Assembly (NCBI GenBank): GCA_951804945.1 | Contig: OX638157.1 | Coordinates: 58,714,001 to 58,778,000 of the forward strand | Direction of reading: 5' to 3' | DNA length: 64,000 nucleotides | Origin: Podarcis cretensis | Taxonomy: Eukaryota | Part shown: one piece after another, positions 52,115-64,000 of the stretch | Position numbering within the stretch: position 1 is the first letter of the stretch | How the letters are laid out: each line of letters begins with the position of its first letter | Translations under genes and position numbers: made by a program | Notes under the pieces: model-generated | What the model saw: the letters and a program-made list of their open reading frames with translations, nothing else | What the model was told of the DNA's origin: nothing | The model's database searches: none

Positions 52115-52266
52115 CATCAGGCAACATGACAGATATGGGCAGCTGATTCTGGCAAATGCCACTGCAGCAGACACTGGTCAATACAGCTGCTGGCTCCTGC
52201 AATGCAGTGGCTACAATTGCAAGAAGGATGAGACCAAAACGGGCTCAACGTACATCTTTTTTGCAG
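52115..52266 (+). CDS. PDGFRL: PDGFRL exon 3
   Basis: RYGQLILANATAADTGQYSCW...KTGSTYIFF (Ig DxGxYxC motif); 152 nt. Confidence 0.96.
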
Positions 52267-52889
52267 GTAATGGAATGGCTCATTGCTTCCAGAGGTAGAA
52301 AGGTCCTTCCTTAATGCTATCTTTTTTTTCATCTTTGCACTTCACGGTATCCCTGTATCGAGTGGGCAGCAAGTGTTTCTGATAGTGCAGATTATACCCT
52401 CTTTTGTGCTCATTAGTTACATGCTCATTTTTCAAAGCAGTTCATTTTTTAGCACTGCTGTATTTGGGTTTGCTTATGCAATCAGTCTTCGTCTTTTAGT
52501 GATACGTTATCTTATTTAAGCTTCTTGTTTACACTGAAAATATTTTATTGGAGATCAAAGCAAGTTAAAAAAGAGGAATGGTTAATTAGTGCCTGCTGTA
52601 GAGAAAATTGTAGAGAAAATTTACAGTCAGACACATTATGGTTATTTAAGGTGTGCAGTGGTGGATGAAGTTAAAAAGTCACTGCATGCACATCTTCCCT
52701 TAATGCAGCCTTCCTCAAGCTGTAAGTTTTTGACTAATTTCCTCACCATTGGATGAGCTGCTTGGAGCTGATGAGACATCTGACAGGTACCAGGTTGGGG
52801 GGTAGGTGTCCCTAATGAATAAGCAAGATAAGGAGCAATAATGTGAGGTGAAAATGCACTGCGTAAAGAGCGGTGATTGAACTAGGATA

Positions 52890-53256
52890 AAGGTAAAGGT
52901 AAAGGTACCCCTGCCCGTTCGGGCCAGTCTTGCCAGACTCTAGGGTTGTGCACTCATCTCACTCTATAGGCCGGGAGCCAGCGCTGTCTGCAGACACTTC
53001 CGGGTCACGTGGCCAGCGTGACGAAGCTGCTCCAGCGAACCGGCACCAGAGCAGCACACGGAACGCCGTTTACCTTCCCGCTGGTAAGCGGTCCCTATTT
53101 ATCTACTTGCACCCGGAGGTGCTTTCGAACAGCTAGGTTGGCAGGCGCTGGGACCGAACGACGGGAGCACACCCCGCCACGGGGATTCGAACCGCCGACC
53201 ATGTGATCGGCAAATCCTAGGCGCTGAGGTTTTACCCACAGCGCCACCCGCGTCCC
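52890..53256 (-). mobile_element. Sauria SINE, young (CpG-rich)
   Basis: (AAAGGT)n tail on the left, perfect 13-bp TSD TTGAACTAGGATA. Confidence 0.92.
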
Positions 53257-53301
53257 TTGAACTAGGATACCAGGTCTGCAAATCATGATTGGTACAGATA
53301 T

Positions 53302-53671
53302 GGGGCTGTGGGTGGTGCTGCGGTCTAAACCACTGAGCCTCTTGGGCTTGCTGATCACAAGAATGGCAATTCGAATCTGCGGGATGGAGTGATCTCCCAT
53401 TGCTCTGTCAAAGCTCCTGCCAACCTAGCAGTTTAAAAGCATGCCAGTGCAAGTGGATAAATAGGTACCACAGCAGTGGGAAGGTAAACAGCATTTCCGT
53501 GCACTCTGGCACTCATCATAGTGTCCCGCTGCACCAGAAGTGGTTTATTCATGTTGGCCATATGACCTGGAAAAGCAGTCTGCGGACAGACGCCAGCTCC
53601 CTCAGCCTGAAAGCAGAAATGAGCGCCGCACCCCATAGACTTAACCGTCCAGGGGTCCTTTACCTTTTACC
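53302..53671 (+). mobile_element. Sauria SINE
   Basis: Same core as 6149-6500, CCTTTACCTTTTAC tail. Confidence 0.9.
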
Positions 53672-54369
53672 AGTACGGATTCTGATCAGAAGTAGAGGAT
53701 TCTAGGTGGTGAAGTCAGTACAACAGCTCAGTTTGAAAAGATCTGGTTATTTTAAAAATTCAGAAATGCAGTCACCATTCTGAGACTTATGCTGGAAGAT
53801 CCAAATATGCTGTTAGGATTCTTTTAAAACTGCATGCAGTGCGTTATGGAGGCTGCATTTGCAGTCTGAGAGGCCCTGCTGAGCACATTGGCCACATTCA
53901 ATAAAGGCTTAGTGATTTGGGGCTTAGTGTTTAAATTCAATTGCTAAGTATTTGAAATCACAACTGAAAATGTAATTCTTGCAGAGGTACTATGGTTGCC
54001 TCTCTCACTAGGTCAGGCTTGGATAACTTGTTATCCACTTTTCATGTATGCCAGTCTTCATGTGACTTTGGGGTGTGTGTTTCACAAGGCTCACTAGTCT
54101 CCCAAGAGTGGTTTGTTTACCCCTGATAGATCGGGCATTTGTTTACAGGGGACATGCAAATTAGAGATGCATTGAAGCCATTATATATTTAAATTAGTTC
54201 ATTCATTTTCTTTTAGAAAACTACTCTTAAAGGTAATGTTATTGTTGGTAAAAATCAGATTTCTGCTAATAAACCATTTCTCCCATTATTGATGTTTTTG
54301 CTGTGGTGCTGGTTAAAATGGTAATGACTGGTGCGTGATTAATATCCCTTGCCTTGCTTCTTCCTACAG

Positions 54370-54663
54370 ATAAAGGGGAGCTCTTCGTTCCTTCTGCCAG
54401 TTATTTTGAAGTTGTCTACCTCAACCCAGATAAGCCAGCGGTAGTTCCTTGCCGAGTGACCAGCCCATCAGTGAAAGTCTCATTGCACCAGGAGTTCCCA
54501 GCCGAAGAAATCCAAGTGGATGGAACCAACATTATTTATGACGTGAAGAAGGGTTTTATCTATAAGCATCCAACATCCGATCACAAGGGAGTGGTTTACT
54601 GCAGAGCAGAATCGTGGGGAGCACCTCAGATTTCCATCAAGTACCAGTTGCTTTATGTGGAAG
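54370..54663 (+). CDS. PDGFRL: PDGFRL exon 4
   Basis: DKGELFVPSASYFEVVYLNPDKPAVVPCRVT...GVVYCRAE...KYQLLYVE; 294 nt. Confidence 0.96.
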
Positions 54664-54792
54664 GTAAAAAAACTAACCGAATGGCTCAGGCTAACATCAA
54701 AGCAAGTTCTACTGTACACTCTCGCAGTGCTTTAAACTGGCCCTGAGTAATTTCCCACACAGGTTAACACAGTGGTGATCTGTGTTTATGGT

Positions 54793-55075
54793 GATGTGGG
54801 TGGCGCTGTGGTCTTCTGCCAACCTAGCAGTTCGAAAGCATGCCAGTGCAAGTAGATAAATAGGTACCACTGCAGTGGGAAGGTAAATGGCGCTGGTTTC
54901 CATCACGGTGTTCTGTTGCACCAGAAGCAATTTCATCAATCCTGGCCACATGACCCAGAAAGCTGTCTGTGGACAAATGCCGGCTCGCTTGGCCTGAAAG
55001 CGAGATGAGCACAACCCCATAGTCACCTTTGACTGGACTTTTAACCATCCAGGGGTCCTTTACCTTTGCTTTACC
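54793..55075 (+). mobile_element. Sauria SINE with an internal deletion of the head/B-box
   Basis: GGTGGCGCTGTGGTC joined directly to TTCTGCCAACCTAG; TSD TTATGGTGA. Confidence 0.85.
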
Positions 55076-55655
55076 TTATGGTGAGGCTACTTCACCACAA
55101 GCAAAACACATTCAAATGTGTTTTCTGAAGTCAGCCAAGTAAAATTATCAGCATAGTGAAACTTTCCAAACCTCGAATGTATATCTGTTTTGAAACTGAG
55201 GCGGAAGATAGCAGTTCTCTGTTATCTTTACGCAATACCTACATTTTCCACAAGCTATGTTAAAGAAAACTTAAAACCAAGGGAAGCCTTAGATTAGAAT
55301 ACTACAGTAATATATCTGCACCAACAAATATTTTTGCCCCCAAACAGCAGTTGCAGCTAATTTGTGAGCAAATTACAAGAGAGTTGTGTGTCTTTTGGGT
55401 GGGGTTGAACAATAATGAATTAAAAATTGATTTTGAGTAGAATTTTAAATTGTCAGTATTTTTTTTCTACTCCCTGCGTAAATGTTGTTGACAGTAACTT
55501 GAATGCAACTATTAGCAGCTGGTGATCTTGGTTTCTATGTTGTGGAATTTTCACTTGCTGATTTCTACAAGTCAAGCTGGTCCATCTGCAACCCGGTAGG
55601 CTATTAAAAATGTGGAATCACTTTTTATTGTCTCTCACCCATCTCTTTGAACCAG

Positions 55656-55795
55656 TCCCTAGTGGCCCGCCTTCAACTACAATCAAAGCATCATCCAGTA
55701 CAGCAGAAGGTGGTGATGATATCAGTGTTCTGTGCACAGTTTTGGGGGAGCCAGATGTAGAAGTGGAGTTTAATTGGATATATCCAGGGCAAAAG
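55656..55795 (+). CDS. PDGFRL: PDGFRL exon 5
   Basis: VPSGPPSTTIKASS...DDISVLCTVLGEPDVEVEFNWIYPGQK; 140 nt. Confidence 0.96.
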
Positions 55796-56112
55796 GTAAA
55801 CTGCTGCTTGTTTTCTTATTTCTCTAAAAAAAAAAAACCAAAATAGAAAATGACGTGAATAGCATGAAATTTTGGAAGGCATGAAAACAAAGCTTATTCA
55901 CTACAAAGTTGCTGAAGTCTTGAGAACGATGCAGGCAGAGGGTAATGTTGACTGGTAATCTGGTTTTTTTTCCCCTGCCACTTTTAGCTTGGAAAGATTA
56001 TACACAAAGGCCTGATTTGGCCCAAAATTGGCCATCCATATTTTGGATAAGTCTATGCCCCAAAAGCCTAACAAAAGGACTACTATAAAGTTATCTACAT
56101 CAGTAGACACAA

Positions 56113-56476
56113 GGGGACGTGGGTGGTGCTGTGGTCTAAACCACAGAGCCTAGGGCTTGCTGATTGGAAGGTTGGCAGTTCAAATCCCCGCGATGGGGTG
56201 AGCTCCTGTTGCTTGGTCCCAACTCCTGCCAACCTAGCAGTTTGAAAGCACATCCAAGTGCAAGTAGATAAATAGGTACCGCTCCAACGGGAAGGTAAAT
56301 TGTGTTTCTATGCGCTGCTCTGGTTCACCAGAAGCGGCTTAGTCATGCTGGCCACATGAACCAGAAAAACTGTCTGCAGACAAATGTTGGCTCCCTCGGC
56401 CAATAAAGCAAGATGAGCACCGCAACCCCCGAGTCGTCTGCGACTGGACCTAACAGTCAGGGGTCCCTTTACCTTT
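56113..56476 (+). mobile_element. Sauria SINE, full length
   Basis: Colinear with 6149-6500; degenerate TSD tacat(c/g)agtaga. Confidence 0.9.
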
Positions 56477-57729
56477 TACATGAGTAGATAAGGAATATGC
56501 TTTACAGAGCGCGCTTATCATTATAATCTATCACAACATTTTTCTACTAGGACATCCTGATAAAATTTTGAGGGTTATTTCCCTTCTGCACTTTGATTCT
56601 TCACCACTAGATTTTAGAAAATCAAGTTATATTCACCTACTGTTCTGTAGAACAGTAATTGACTCTTTCGGGTTTCCTTTTATTTTTCAATATATTATTG
56701 TAAATTCACAGATTAATATAATTGTGAAGCTGCTGGTGTACGCAGTTATTACAGCAACACAAACTCTCATCCTGTCTCAAAGCACAACCCATGCCATCAG
56801 TTTAGCAATATGTGGCTACTAAAATTGATTAGTAACACAATAACATTGATTTGTGGACATTTCCTTTATTTTGTGTGGTGATAGTGGGCATTAGGATAAA
56901 ATGCAATTTGTTCCAAAGCCTCTTTCTGGTTCTGAGAGGTGGTAGAGTCAGTTGTTCCTTTGCAATATGGTGCTTGGATATTTTGAATATTTTTACCACA
57001 ACTGTGTCTGAAGTGGCACAGTTCTGCCCCATGATCTCTCATGCATAAATCCCACTAAAACCACTTTAACTCTTGACAAAACAGATGGCAGGACTACATA
57101 CCAAATGTCTGAAGTTCCACCCACTGCATGGATTCAATTAACTTTTCAAAGGTGGTATTTAAAAGACTTACATCTTTACATCCTTGATCACCTTACACTG
57201 GTGAGTCCCAGACTCAGCTGTACCAAATAATCTGGACCCAAAAGAAATCATAGGACCAGTTTTCCCAAAGGTGTTTAAACTAGACAAAATACCATTAAGG
57301 AAGTATGGAAGATGTTGTATTAAGGCTGTAATCTGCTGCCACACTTTGCTGGCCTTACTTCCAGTTAAACGTGCCTAGCTAGGATCTGGCGGCATGTCAC
57401 ATATAGGTGCTAAAAATTCCCCAGTAAATAATCTTCATCTGGCATGAATACAAAGAGAGGCCAGCCTTAAATGGTCATGTTTCCCCTTCAGATTAAAAGG
57501 GCAGAAACAAACAAGACAGCCCTAGAAGCAGCAAACACATCTTTCATTGTATGGGAACAGCTGGGATTCTTATTGCAAAACCAGCAGCCTCAGCATCTTC
57601 CGCAATAGCTCTGCTTTTCAGATTAAAACTCCTACGCTAGCAAGTAAACTACTGTTAATAAAATTAAGTACTGTGTTTACAGAAATGCTTCCGATTACTA
57701 TCTCATGTTAAGTGTTTTCCAATCATTAG

Positions 57730-57918
57730 TATGAAAGGCCTGTGGTTATCCAAGACTCTTGGAGGCTGATCGACAGAGGAATTGGTCACACCACGAGAAT
57801 TTCCGAGAGCCTTATTACCGTTGAAGATTTTGAGACCATTGATGGTGGAAACTATATTTGTATAGCTCAGAACCTTCGAGGACAGACCACAGTAGCTGCC
57901 TATGTTGAACTCATCTGA
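57730..57918 (+). CDS. PDGFRL: PDGFRL exon 6 to stop TGA
   Basis: YERPVVIQDSWRLIDRGIGHTTRISESLITVEDFETIDGGNYICIAQNLRGQTTVAAYVELI*; total CDS 1113 nt = 370 aa; AATAAA at 58421 and 58644. Confidence 0.95.
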   Translation, partial: YERPVVIQDSWRLIDRGIGHTTRISESLITVEDFETIDGGNYICIAQNLRGQTTVAAYVELI

Positions 57919-58711
57919 CATATTGAGCTCTCGGACAAGACGGAACAGGAAATGTATTGCTGGACTGCTTCTGGCAAGCTTTGCCTTCAGAACTTGAGAT
58001 AAGTGGAAACAAATCTTAATATAATTCATTCTTACTTTAGAGCAACACAAATGCAAGCATGTGGTTGTAAATGAGGGTTATTGTGCAAGTGTAGCACAAG
58101 GGCTTAGAAACCAAACCAGGAACTAGAATATCCATCACTCAAAGTTGCCTTAGAGAAATGACCATCCTATCTTCATTATGGAAACACTGAATTACCACAC
58201 AGGGTTGGTTGCAAAAGGGTGCTAAAATAAGTCTCCATCACATTCTGAACACTAAAGCACTATATAAATGCTAAGCATTAAATATAACTCAAGTCACTTT
58301 TTAGGAAATATACATTTCAAAGCCATAATCTCACAATATTCTTTTGTCATTAGGAGATAAAAGCTAGCTAAGTTAACGTTAAAATTAGCCTTGCGCTTTA
58401 ATTTGCACACATGAAAAGTAAATAAATATCAATTGTAACATAGATGCACATGTCTCCTGGTAGCTTGGAATGTAATGCTTAGTTTGCTCTGTAAAATTTA
58501 TTCCCCCTGCAGAATTAGTCATTGTAAGTTTTGTAGAAATTGCAGTACAATATATGTGTTTTAATATGCCATCTTTAGGTATAATAGACAGCTGCAGCCT
58601 GAATGGTTGATGTTGTTGTCATTTGTAAAATAAGTATCAAACAAATAAAATACTCTGCAAGTTTTAAGCATTTGTAGATTTAATATTAAAAGTAGTTTTC
58701 TTATATTTATA

Positions 58712-58938
58712 CAGTAGTACCGCGGGTTAAGTACTTAATTTCGGAGTTCCGGAGGTCCGTTCTTAACCTGAAAATGTTAACCTGAAGCACCACGTTAGCT
58801 AATGGGGCCTCCTGTTGCTGCCGCGCCGCTGGAGCACGATTTCTGTTCTCATTCTGAAGCAAAGTTCTTAACCCAAAGTACTATTTCTGGGTTAGCGGAG
58901 TCTGTAACCTGAAGCGTATGTAACCCGAGGTACCACTG
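58712..58938. mobile_element. MITE family A between the PDGFRL and MTUS1 3' ends
   Basis: Colinear with 7446-7687. Confidence 0.88.
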
Positions 58939-61719
58939 CATAGGGGACATGACTTACTGCATGTTACTCAGCTGTTTACATAGTAGAAGGATCCAGTTTT
59001 AGTGTTCAGTGTGAAGGTCTTTTGCTGATCACACCAAAAGAATTCTAAGCACTAAAAGAATTCTAAGCAAGTGTAGAATTCAAATTGAATTCAAATCATT
59101 TCTATTGGTAACTGCATTTAGAATTAAGCACTCATCCAGCCTCTGTAGAAGGGAAACAAAAACAACATCTTTTAATAAATTAAGTTTCATCCTCTAATGC
59201 AGCTGTAAGTTTTGAGCAATACATAATGCTGGATGATTCGACAAAACGCCACTTTCTGTGGCAGCTTATTCAATCTTATTATTACTGTGTGCAAGGTCAT
59301 CTAAAACAGAAGCCTCTTCTGTATAAATGGCTCAGAATGTGGATGTTATGCTTATAACTGTAAAATTATCTCTTTAGCCTCAGTATTTTTGCTTTTATGT
59401 CTAAACAGGCAAGAGTCTTGAACCAGTAAAAAAAATTTATTTTAATTTTCAACACTCAAGTACATATAATCAAATATGACCTTGCCAAAGAAATAAATTG
59501 CTCCAAGTCATACTTTTAAGCCAAGTTTCAGCCTATAGCGGATTTTCATAGTTAAATAAATCAATCTCTGAACAACAGTTAATTTAGAAGTGCTGATATC
59601 TCTAGCTATATAACAGTGCCATAAATGGGTTTGGGCAGGCAAAATGCTTCACGGGGGAGACACACTTTACACAATGTAAAATTAAAATAATTCATCCTTG
59701 AATTTTTCATATTACAGAGTAATATTTCAGTCAGTAATAACTAAAACCTGCTGTTGAAGCCAATGTTTCTGCACCCTAAAGTTTATTAACGTTTTTCCCA
59801 GTGCTCCTTCGGTTTTATGGAAGGGGACAAGGATATCTCAAGACCTAGCTCTCAAATTGTCAACATCTTTGCTACAAACCACTATGGGTTGAATCCAATG
59901 CTGTCATTGCATGCGTGGGTCAGTCTTCACTTGTGCAACATGCCTTCCCTTTCCACTCCTGTACCCTGCATCCCTCTGTGCCCCCAGAAAATCTGCTCCA
60001 GAGTGCCTCCAACCCTCAAGCAGATTGAGGGTACTGGGGGGCAGTAGTGGAAAGGAGAGGATGGGCAAGCCCAGTTGCAAAAGTGGGAGTCTCTCACTTG
60101 TACAACTGTCATATCAGCTACAACCCTATGATTTCATCAGGCTTTGATTAACAAGTTGATTATTCAACAGCAATGACGGTACCAGTGCGTCTTGGATGTG
60201 TGAGTGATGACTACATAACCAAGCCATAGCACTTAACAGTCCCATCTAGATCTGATAGCAGAGATAGTGTTTAACCATAATAAAAAATGCGTTTGTACAT
60301 ACACGAATACATGTTGAACAGGTCATTAACAGGAGCAGACATGCAGTGAGTCATCTTCAGATTTGTAATGCAGCACTGAATGTTGCCTATGACACAGACA
60401 TCTTCAACCTATCATGTCAGCAAAATAATCACTTTTTGTTTTTTCTGATTCCTGAAAATCTCATGCTAAATGAAATGGGGGAATGCAGAGTCTTGCAGCC
60501 AGTTGGTTAAAGTGCACATCGACAAGTTATCAGTTCGGGATGTTTGTTCTTCGCAATGCAAGGAAGTGCTACTGACAGCTGTACACAATGGCTGTGTTCA
60601 TACAACATGCTAAGCCCGAACCCTTGGCTAGGCAAAACTGAATGAACATGTGGGCTCTTAGGGAGGAGCTTCTAGCTATTCAGCTCCTCTCTGGGAGCCT
60701 GCACATTCGCTGTTTGGCTTAGTACATTATGTGAAAACAACCAATCCTACTGTTCTATCCTAATAATAGCATCTGAATATATATATATATATATTTCCTT
60801 TAGTATGAAATCCTGTGATCTCAAGTCAAATCAGACCATTATTCTCCACAGCTGTCGTCACCCTGGAAAGGGCTGCATGTCTGAACTATCTACCACCAGA
60901 TATCTAAAAAAAGGAGTGGGAAGAACATTTAACTAGGTGAGAAAAGAAACCCCGTTCTTATATAGTTACCTAGGGGAAGCTTAAAAATATTTTGAATGAT
61001 ATTTTGTGGTATGAGAGGTTATCGGTCTCATCGTAAATTCCACTATGCAAGTAGGCAGACAATGACAAAAATCAAATAAAAATCTCATCCTTTGACTAAA
61101 CTGGAGCAGAGAGATAAGGAAAAACGTAGAGCAGAAGCGGCAGCGTTTCCTTAGTCCCAGAGAAGGGGAAAATCTATGATGAAACATGCATAATGGCAAT
61201 ATTTTATTTATGAAGTACATGTCACTTTATTCTTCAGCTTTCGTCCTTTATAATATACATAGCAAAGGTGGCTGCATCACACACACATAACACACTCACC
61301 ATGTGATACATCCAATTCACTCATGCCACACTCGGCGTCTCAAGGTGTCTATAATAAGGAACGTATTAAAGGTTGTGATCTTTTATTTATAAGCCCCTGA
61401 GCATATTTTTTCTCTCCCTAGAGTTAGGTGAAAAAAGGCAAAAAACCGAACAAGACTTTCCTTGCTCTTTTAAGTGCTTTGTGCAACAATGTTCAGAGAA
61501 GTTATCACTGAAGTCTTTTTGTATTCTTTTAATACAAAAGAATTGAGTTCTAGCCATGAACTCCCATTACGTTACAGCCATTTCTCATGACAGTCATTTC
61601 CAGTTATATTTCAATCACGCGCAGCTAATATAGCTCTTTGCTCCCTCGATCCATGTTTTTTAGTTCTGCAGACCAAAAATGAAATGCCTGTATGGAGAGT
61701 GTCTCTTCGTTCAGTGGTG

Positions 61720-61936
61720 TCATCTAGGCGACACGGTTGGGCTGGAGAAGGAGCCTGAATTCCTTGGCGATTGAAAAGGCATTGGTGGAGTACTGGGGGA
61801 CAGTTTTCTCGGGCTGCACAGGTCTCCATTGTGTAGCTTCCACAGAAGTTCTTCATTTTCCATTGACAAGCGCTTATTTACCTTTGATTCTTTCTCCAGA
61901 GACTCTTGCAAAACTGCCTGTTCGGTGGAAAGTTGC
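61720..61936 (-). CDS. MTUS1: MTUS1 (ATIP) last coding exon; upstream exons lie beyond the window
   Basis: [44 protein letters not shown]...SPTVSPR*; acceptor ctctcttataacag; synteny with PDGFRL; minus-strand AATAAA at 59436-59441 suggests a ~2.3 kb UTR. Confidence 0.95.
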
Positions 61937-62442
61937 CTGTTATAAGAGAGAGAGAGAGAAAGCAGACGGTTACTGTCTAGGCTGGACTAGCAACAATACG
62001 CTTGCAAGTGTACCCTCTTTCCCCAAAGGTGTTTCTGTTCAGGATTTCAGGTAGCTACAGCCTTCCCCAGAATTAACAGACATGGTTGCTGAATTTAATC
62101 TCCCACCAGTCCCAGCCAACATAGCCAATGATTGGTGGTGATGAGGATTGCAGCACAGCTCTCCTAATCTCTGATGTTGTTTTTTCTCCCATCCAACAAT
62201 TAGAATTCTGTGGTTCTTAAGGGCAGTTTCCCTGGGCTGTTTGGAGGTTGCTTTTTGCTCTCTTTGGTTTACGTTTTGTATTTCTGCACACCTGAGAGTT
62301 CACTCGTGGGTGCAGGTAACTTGCTTCCTCCTTAGTGGTTTTGTTGTGGCTCCAGTCCTGTCTGCACTCAACCTCGAGCTAGAGGGGGAATGATCACGTG
62401 ACCATATTGTGGTTTGCCAGTCAGCTGCTTGTGGTGCAAGTA

Positions 62443-64000
62443 CAGTGGTGCCCCGCAAGACGAACGCCTCGCAAGACGGAAAACTCGCTAGACGAAATAG
62501 TTTTCCGTTTTTGAGTTGCTTCGCAAGACGAAAACGTCTTGCGACTTTGTTTCCTTTGTCTTAAAACCGTTAAAACCAAGGGTGCTTTGCTTGAACAGCT
62601 GCAGTTGTGACTTGACTTCGAGGATTTGGTAGCCTTTTTTCAGACTTTGCTCATTTTTGAGGCTTTTCCAAAACTTTTCCAGAACTTCTTTTGCATCCAT
62701 TTGGTAAGTTAAACTTTTAAAACTTTTTTTGTGGTTTTTGGATTTTGGGTTGGGGTGTTTGGGATTCAAGGACTTGGTGTTGGGGGGGGGGTTGCAAGAA
62801 TCTGGGAGCTTGTGGTGTTTTTTCTGCATTTTTGTGATTTTCTGTGACCATTGGGCCATGTTGTTGTTTTTTTAAAAAAATTCTGAGTTTGAATTTCTGT
62901 GTGCTGCACAGTTTGCAGCGGTTGGGGAGGGGTTTGCAATTTCTGTGTGGTGGGTGGGTGGCTGGGGGAACAGTTGAGGTTTTTGAAGACTTCGGTGATT
63001 GATTGTTGAAGCTTTTCCAGAAACTTTTCCAGAACTTCTTTTGCATCCATTTGGTAAGTTAAACTTTTAAAACTTTTTTGGGGTTTTTTGGATTTTGGGT
63101 TGGGGTGTTTGGGATTCAAGGACTTGGTTCTGGGTTTGAATTTCTGTGTGGTGGGTGGCTGGGTGCTTTTGAATTTTTTGGATTTGAAGCACAGCACTGA
63201 TTTTGTGTGTGTGTGTGTGAGTTTACGAAGGTAGGAGCTGTGCTGCCATGGGACCCAAGAAGACTGCTGCTGCAGAGGCCGGCGAGAGGAAGAAGGAGAA
63301 GGTGACGCTGGAAATGAAGAAGGAGATCATCCGGAAGCACGACGGCAGAATGCGTGTGACGGACCTCGCCAGGGAGTACGGGAGGAATCCATCGACCATC
63401 GGGACCATCCTGAAGATGAGGGAGAAGATCCTGGCGACTGATGCAGCCAAGGGAGTCACCAGGATCGTGAAGAACCGCCCAGCTGTTCTGGAGGAGGTCG
63501 AGAAGTTGCTGCTCATCTGGATAGAAGAGAAGCAGCGTGCAGGGGACACAGTGACTGAGGCCGTCATTTGTGAGAAGGCCAAGGCCTTGCACGCAGACCT
63601 TGTCTGGGAACAGCCAGGAACCTCAGGCGAGCCAGAAGTCTTCAAGGCAAGCAGAGGTTGGTTTGACCGGTTCAAGACAAGATCTGGAATCCACAGCGTG
63701 GTCAGGCATGGAGAGGCTGCCAGTTCTGATGTTCCTGCGGCTGAAGAGTTTGCAGCGGAGTTCCTGGAGGTTGTGAAGATGGAGGGCTACGTTCCACAGC
63801 AGGTTTTCAACTGCGACGAGACCGGGCTGTTTTGGAAGAGGATGCCCAAAAGGACTTTCATCACACAGGAGGAGGCCAAGTTGCCTGGCCACAAGCCCAT
63901 GAAGGACCCCGTCTGACCCTGCTCTTCTGTGCCAACGCAAGCGGCGACCTGAAGATCAAGCCCCTGCTGGTGTACCACTCGGAGAACCCACGGGCCTTCA
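62443..64000 (+). mobile_element. Tigger/pogo-family DNA transposon, truncated by the window end, in the last MTUS1 intron
   Basis: TA + CAGTGGTGCCCCGCAAGACG left end with repeated GCAAGACG motifs; transposase ORF downstream. Confidence 0.92.
63248..64000 (+). pseudogene. Tigger (TIGD1-like) transposase with an apparent 2-nt frameshift at 63907-63910
   Basis: HTH_psq-like N-terminus, CENP-B HTH (FKASRGWFDRFK), VFNCDETGLFWK; after GACCCCGT the shifted frame continues RLTLLFCANASGDLKIKPLLVYHSENPRAF. Confidence 0.88.

Noticed and set aside
62488-63197. Lys/Pro-rich minus-strand ORFs
   Set aside because: Low-complexity consequence of the G/T-rich duplicated leader of the Tigger element.

Overview
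Vertebrate genomic DNA, almost certainly a squamate and probably a lacertid lizard (Sauria SINEs, BovB, Penelope-like relics). It carries the conserved SLC7A2 (+) - PDGFRL (+) - MTUS1 (-) block. SLC7A2 has a complete CDS (11585-27785) with both mutually exclusive CAT-2B and CAT-2A exons and a ~6 kb 3' UTR. PDGFRL has a complete 6-exon CDS (36415-57918, 370 aa) starting in a CpG island. The last MTUS1 exon converges on PDGFRL. Introns are full of SINEs, hAT and Tc1/mariner/Tigger MITEs and LINE fragments, and a CpG-rich Tigger transposase runs off the right edge. There is one assembly gap (43206-43341). Top finding: two diverged ~410-bp solo-LTR-like elements (TG...CA ends, 5-bp TSDs; 4865-5291 and 22119-22522) carry the same start-less ~100-codon ORF. 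Its Arg-rich C-terminus shows strong purifying selection (21 synonymous vs 5 non-synonymous codon differences in 45 codons, by hand count), and a conserved hairpin follows the stop codon, suggesting an LTR-encoded retroelement protein. Second: a single TSD-bounded L1-like insertion fused head-to-head with the 5' end of U1 snRNA. No database searches were run; family names and human comparisons are from memory.
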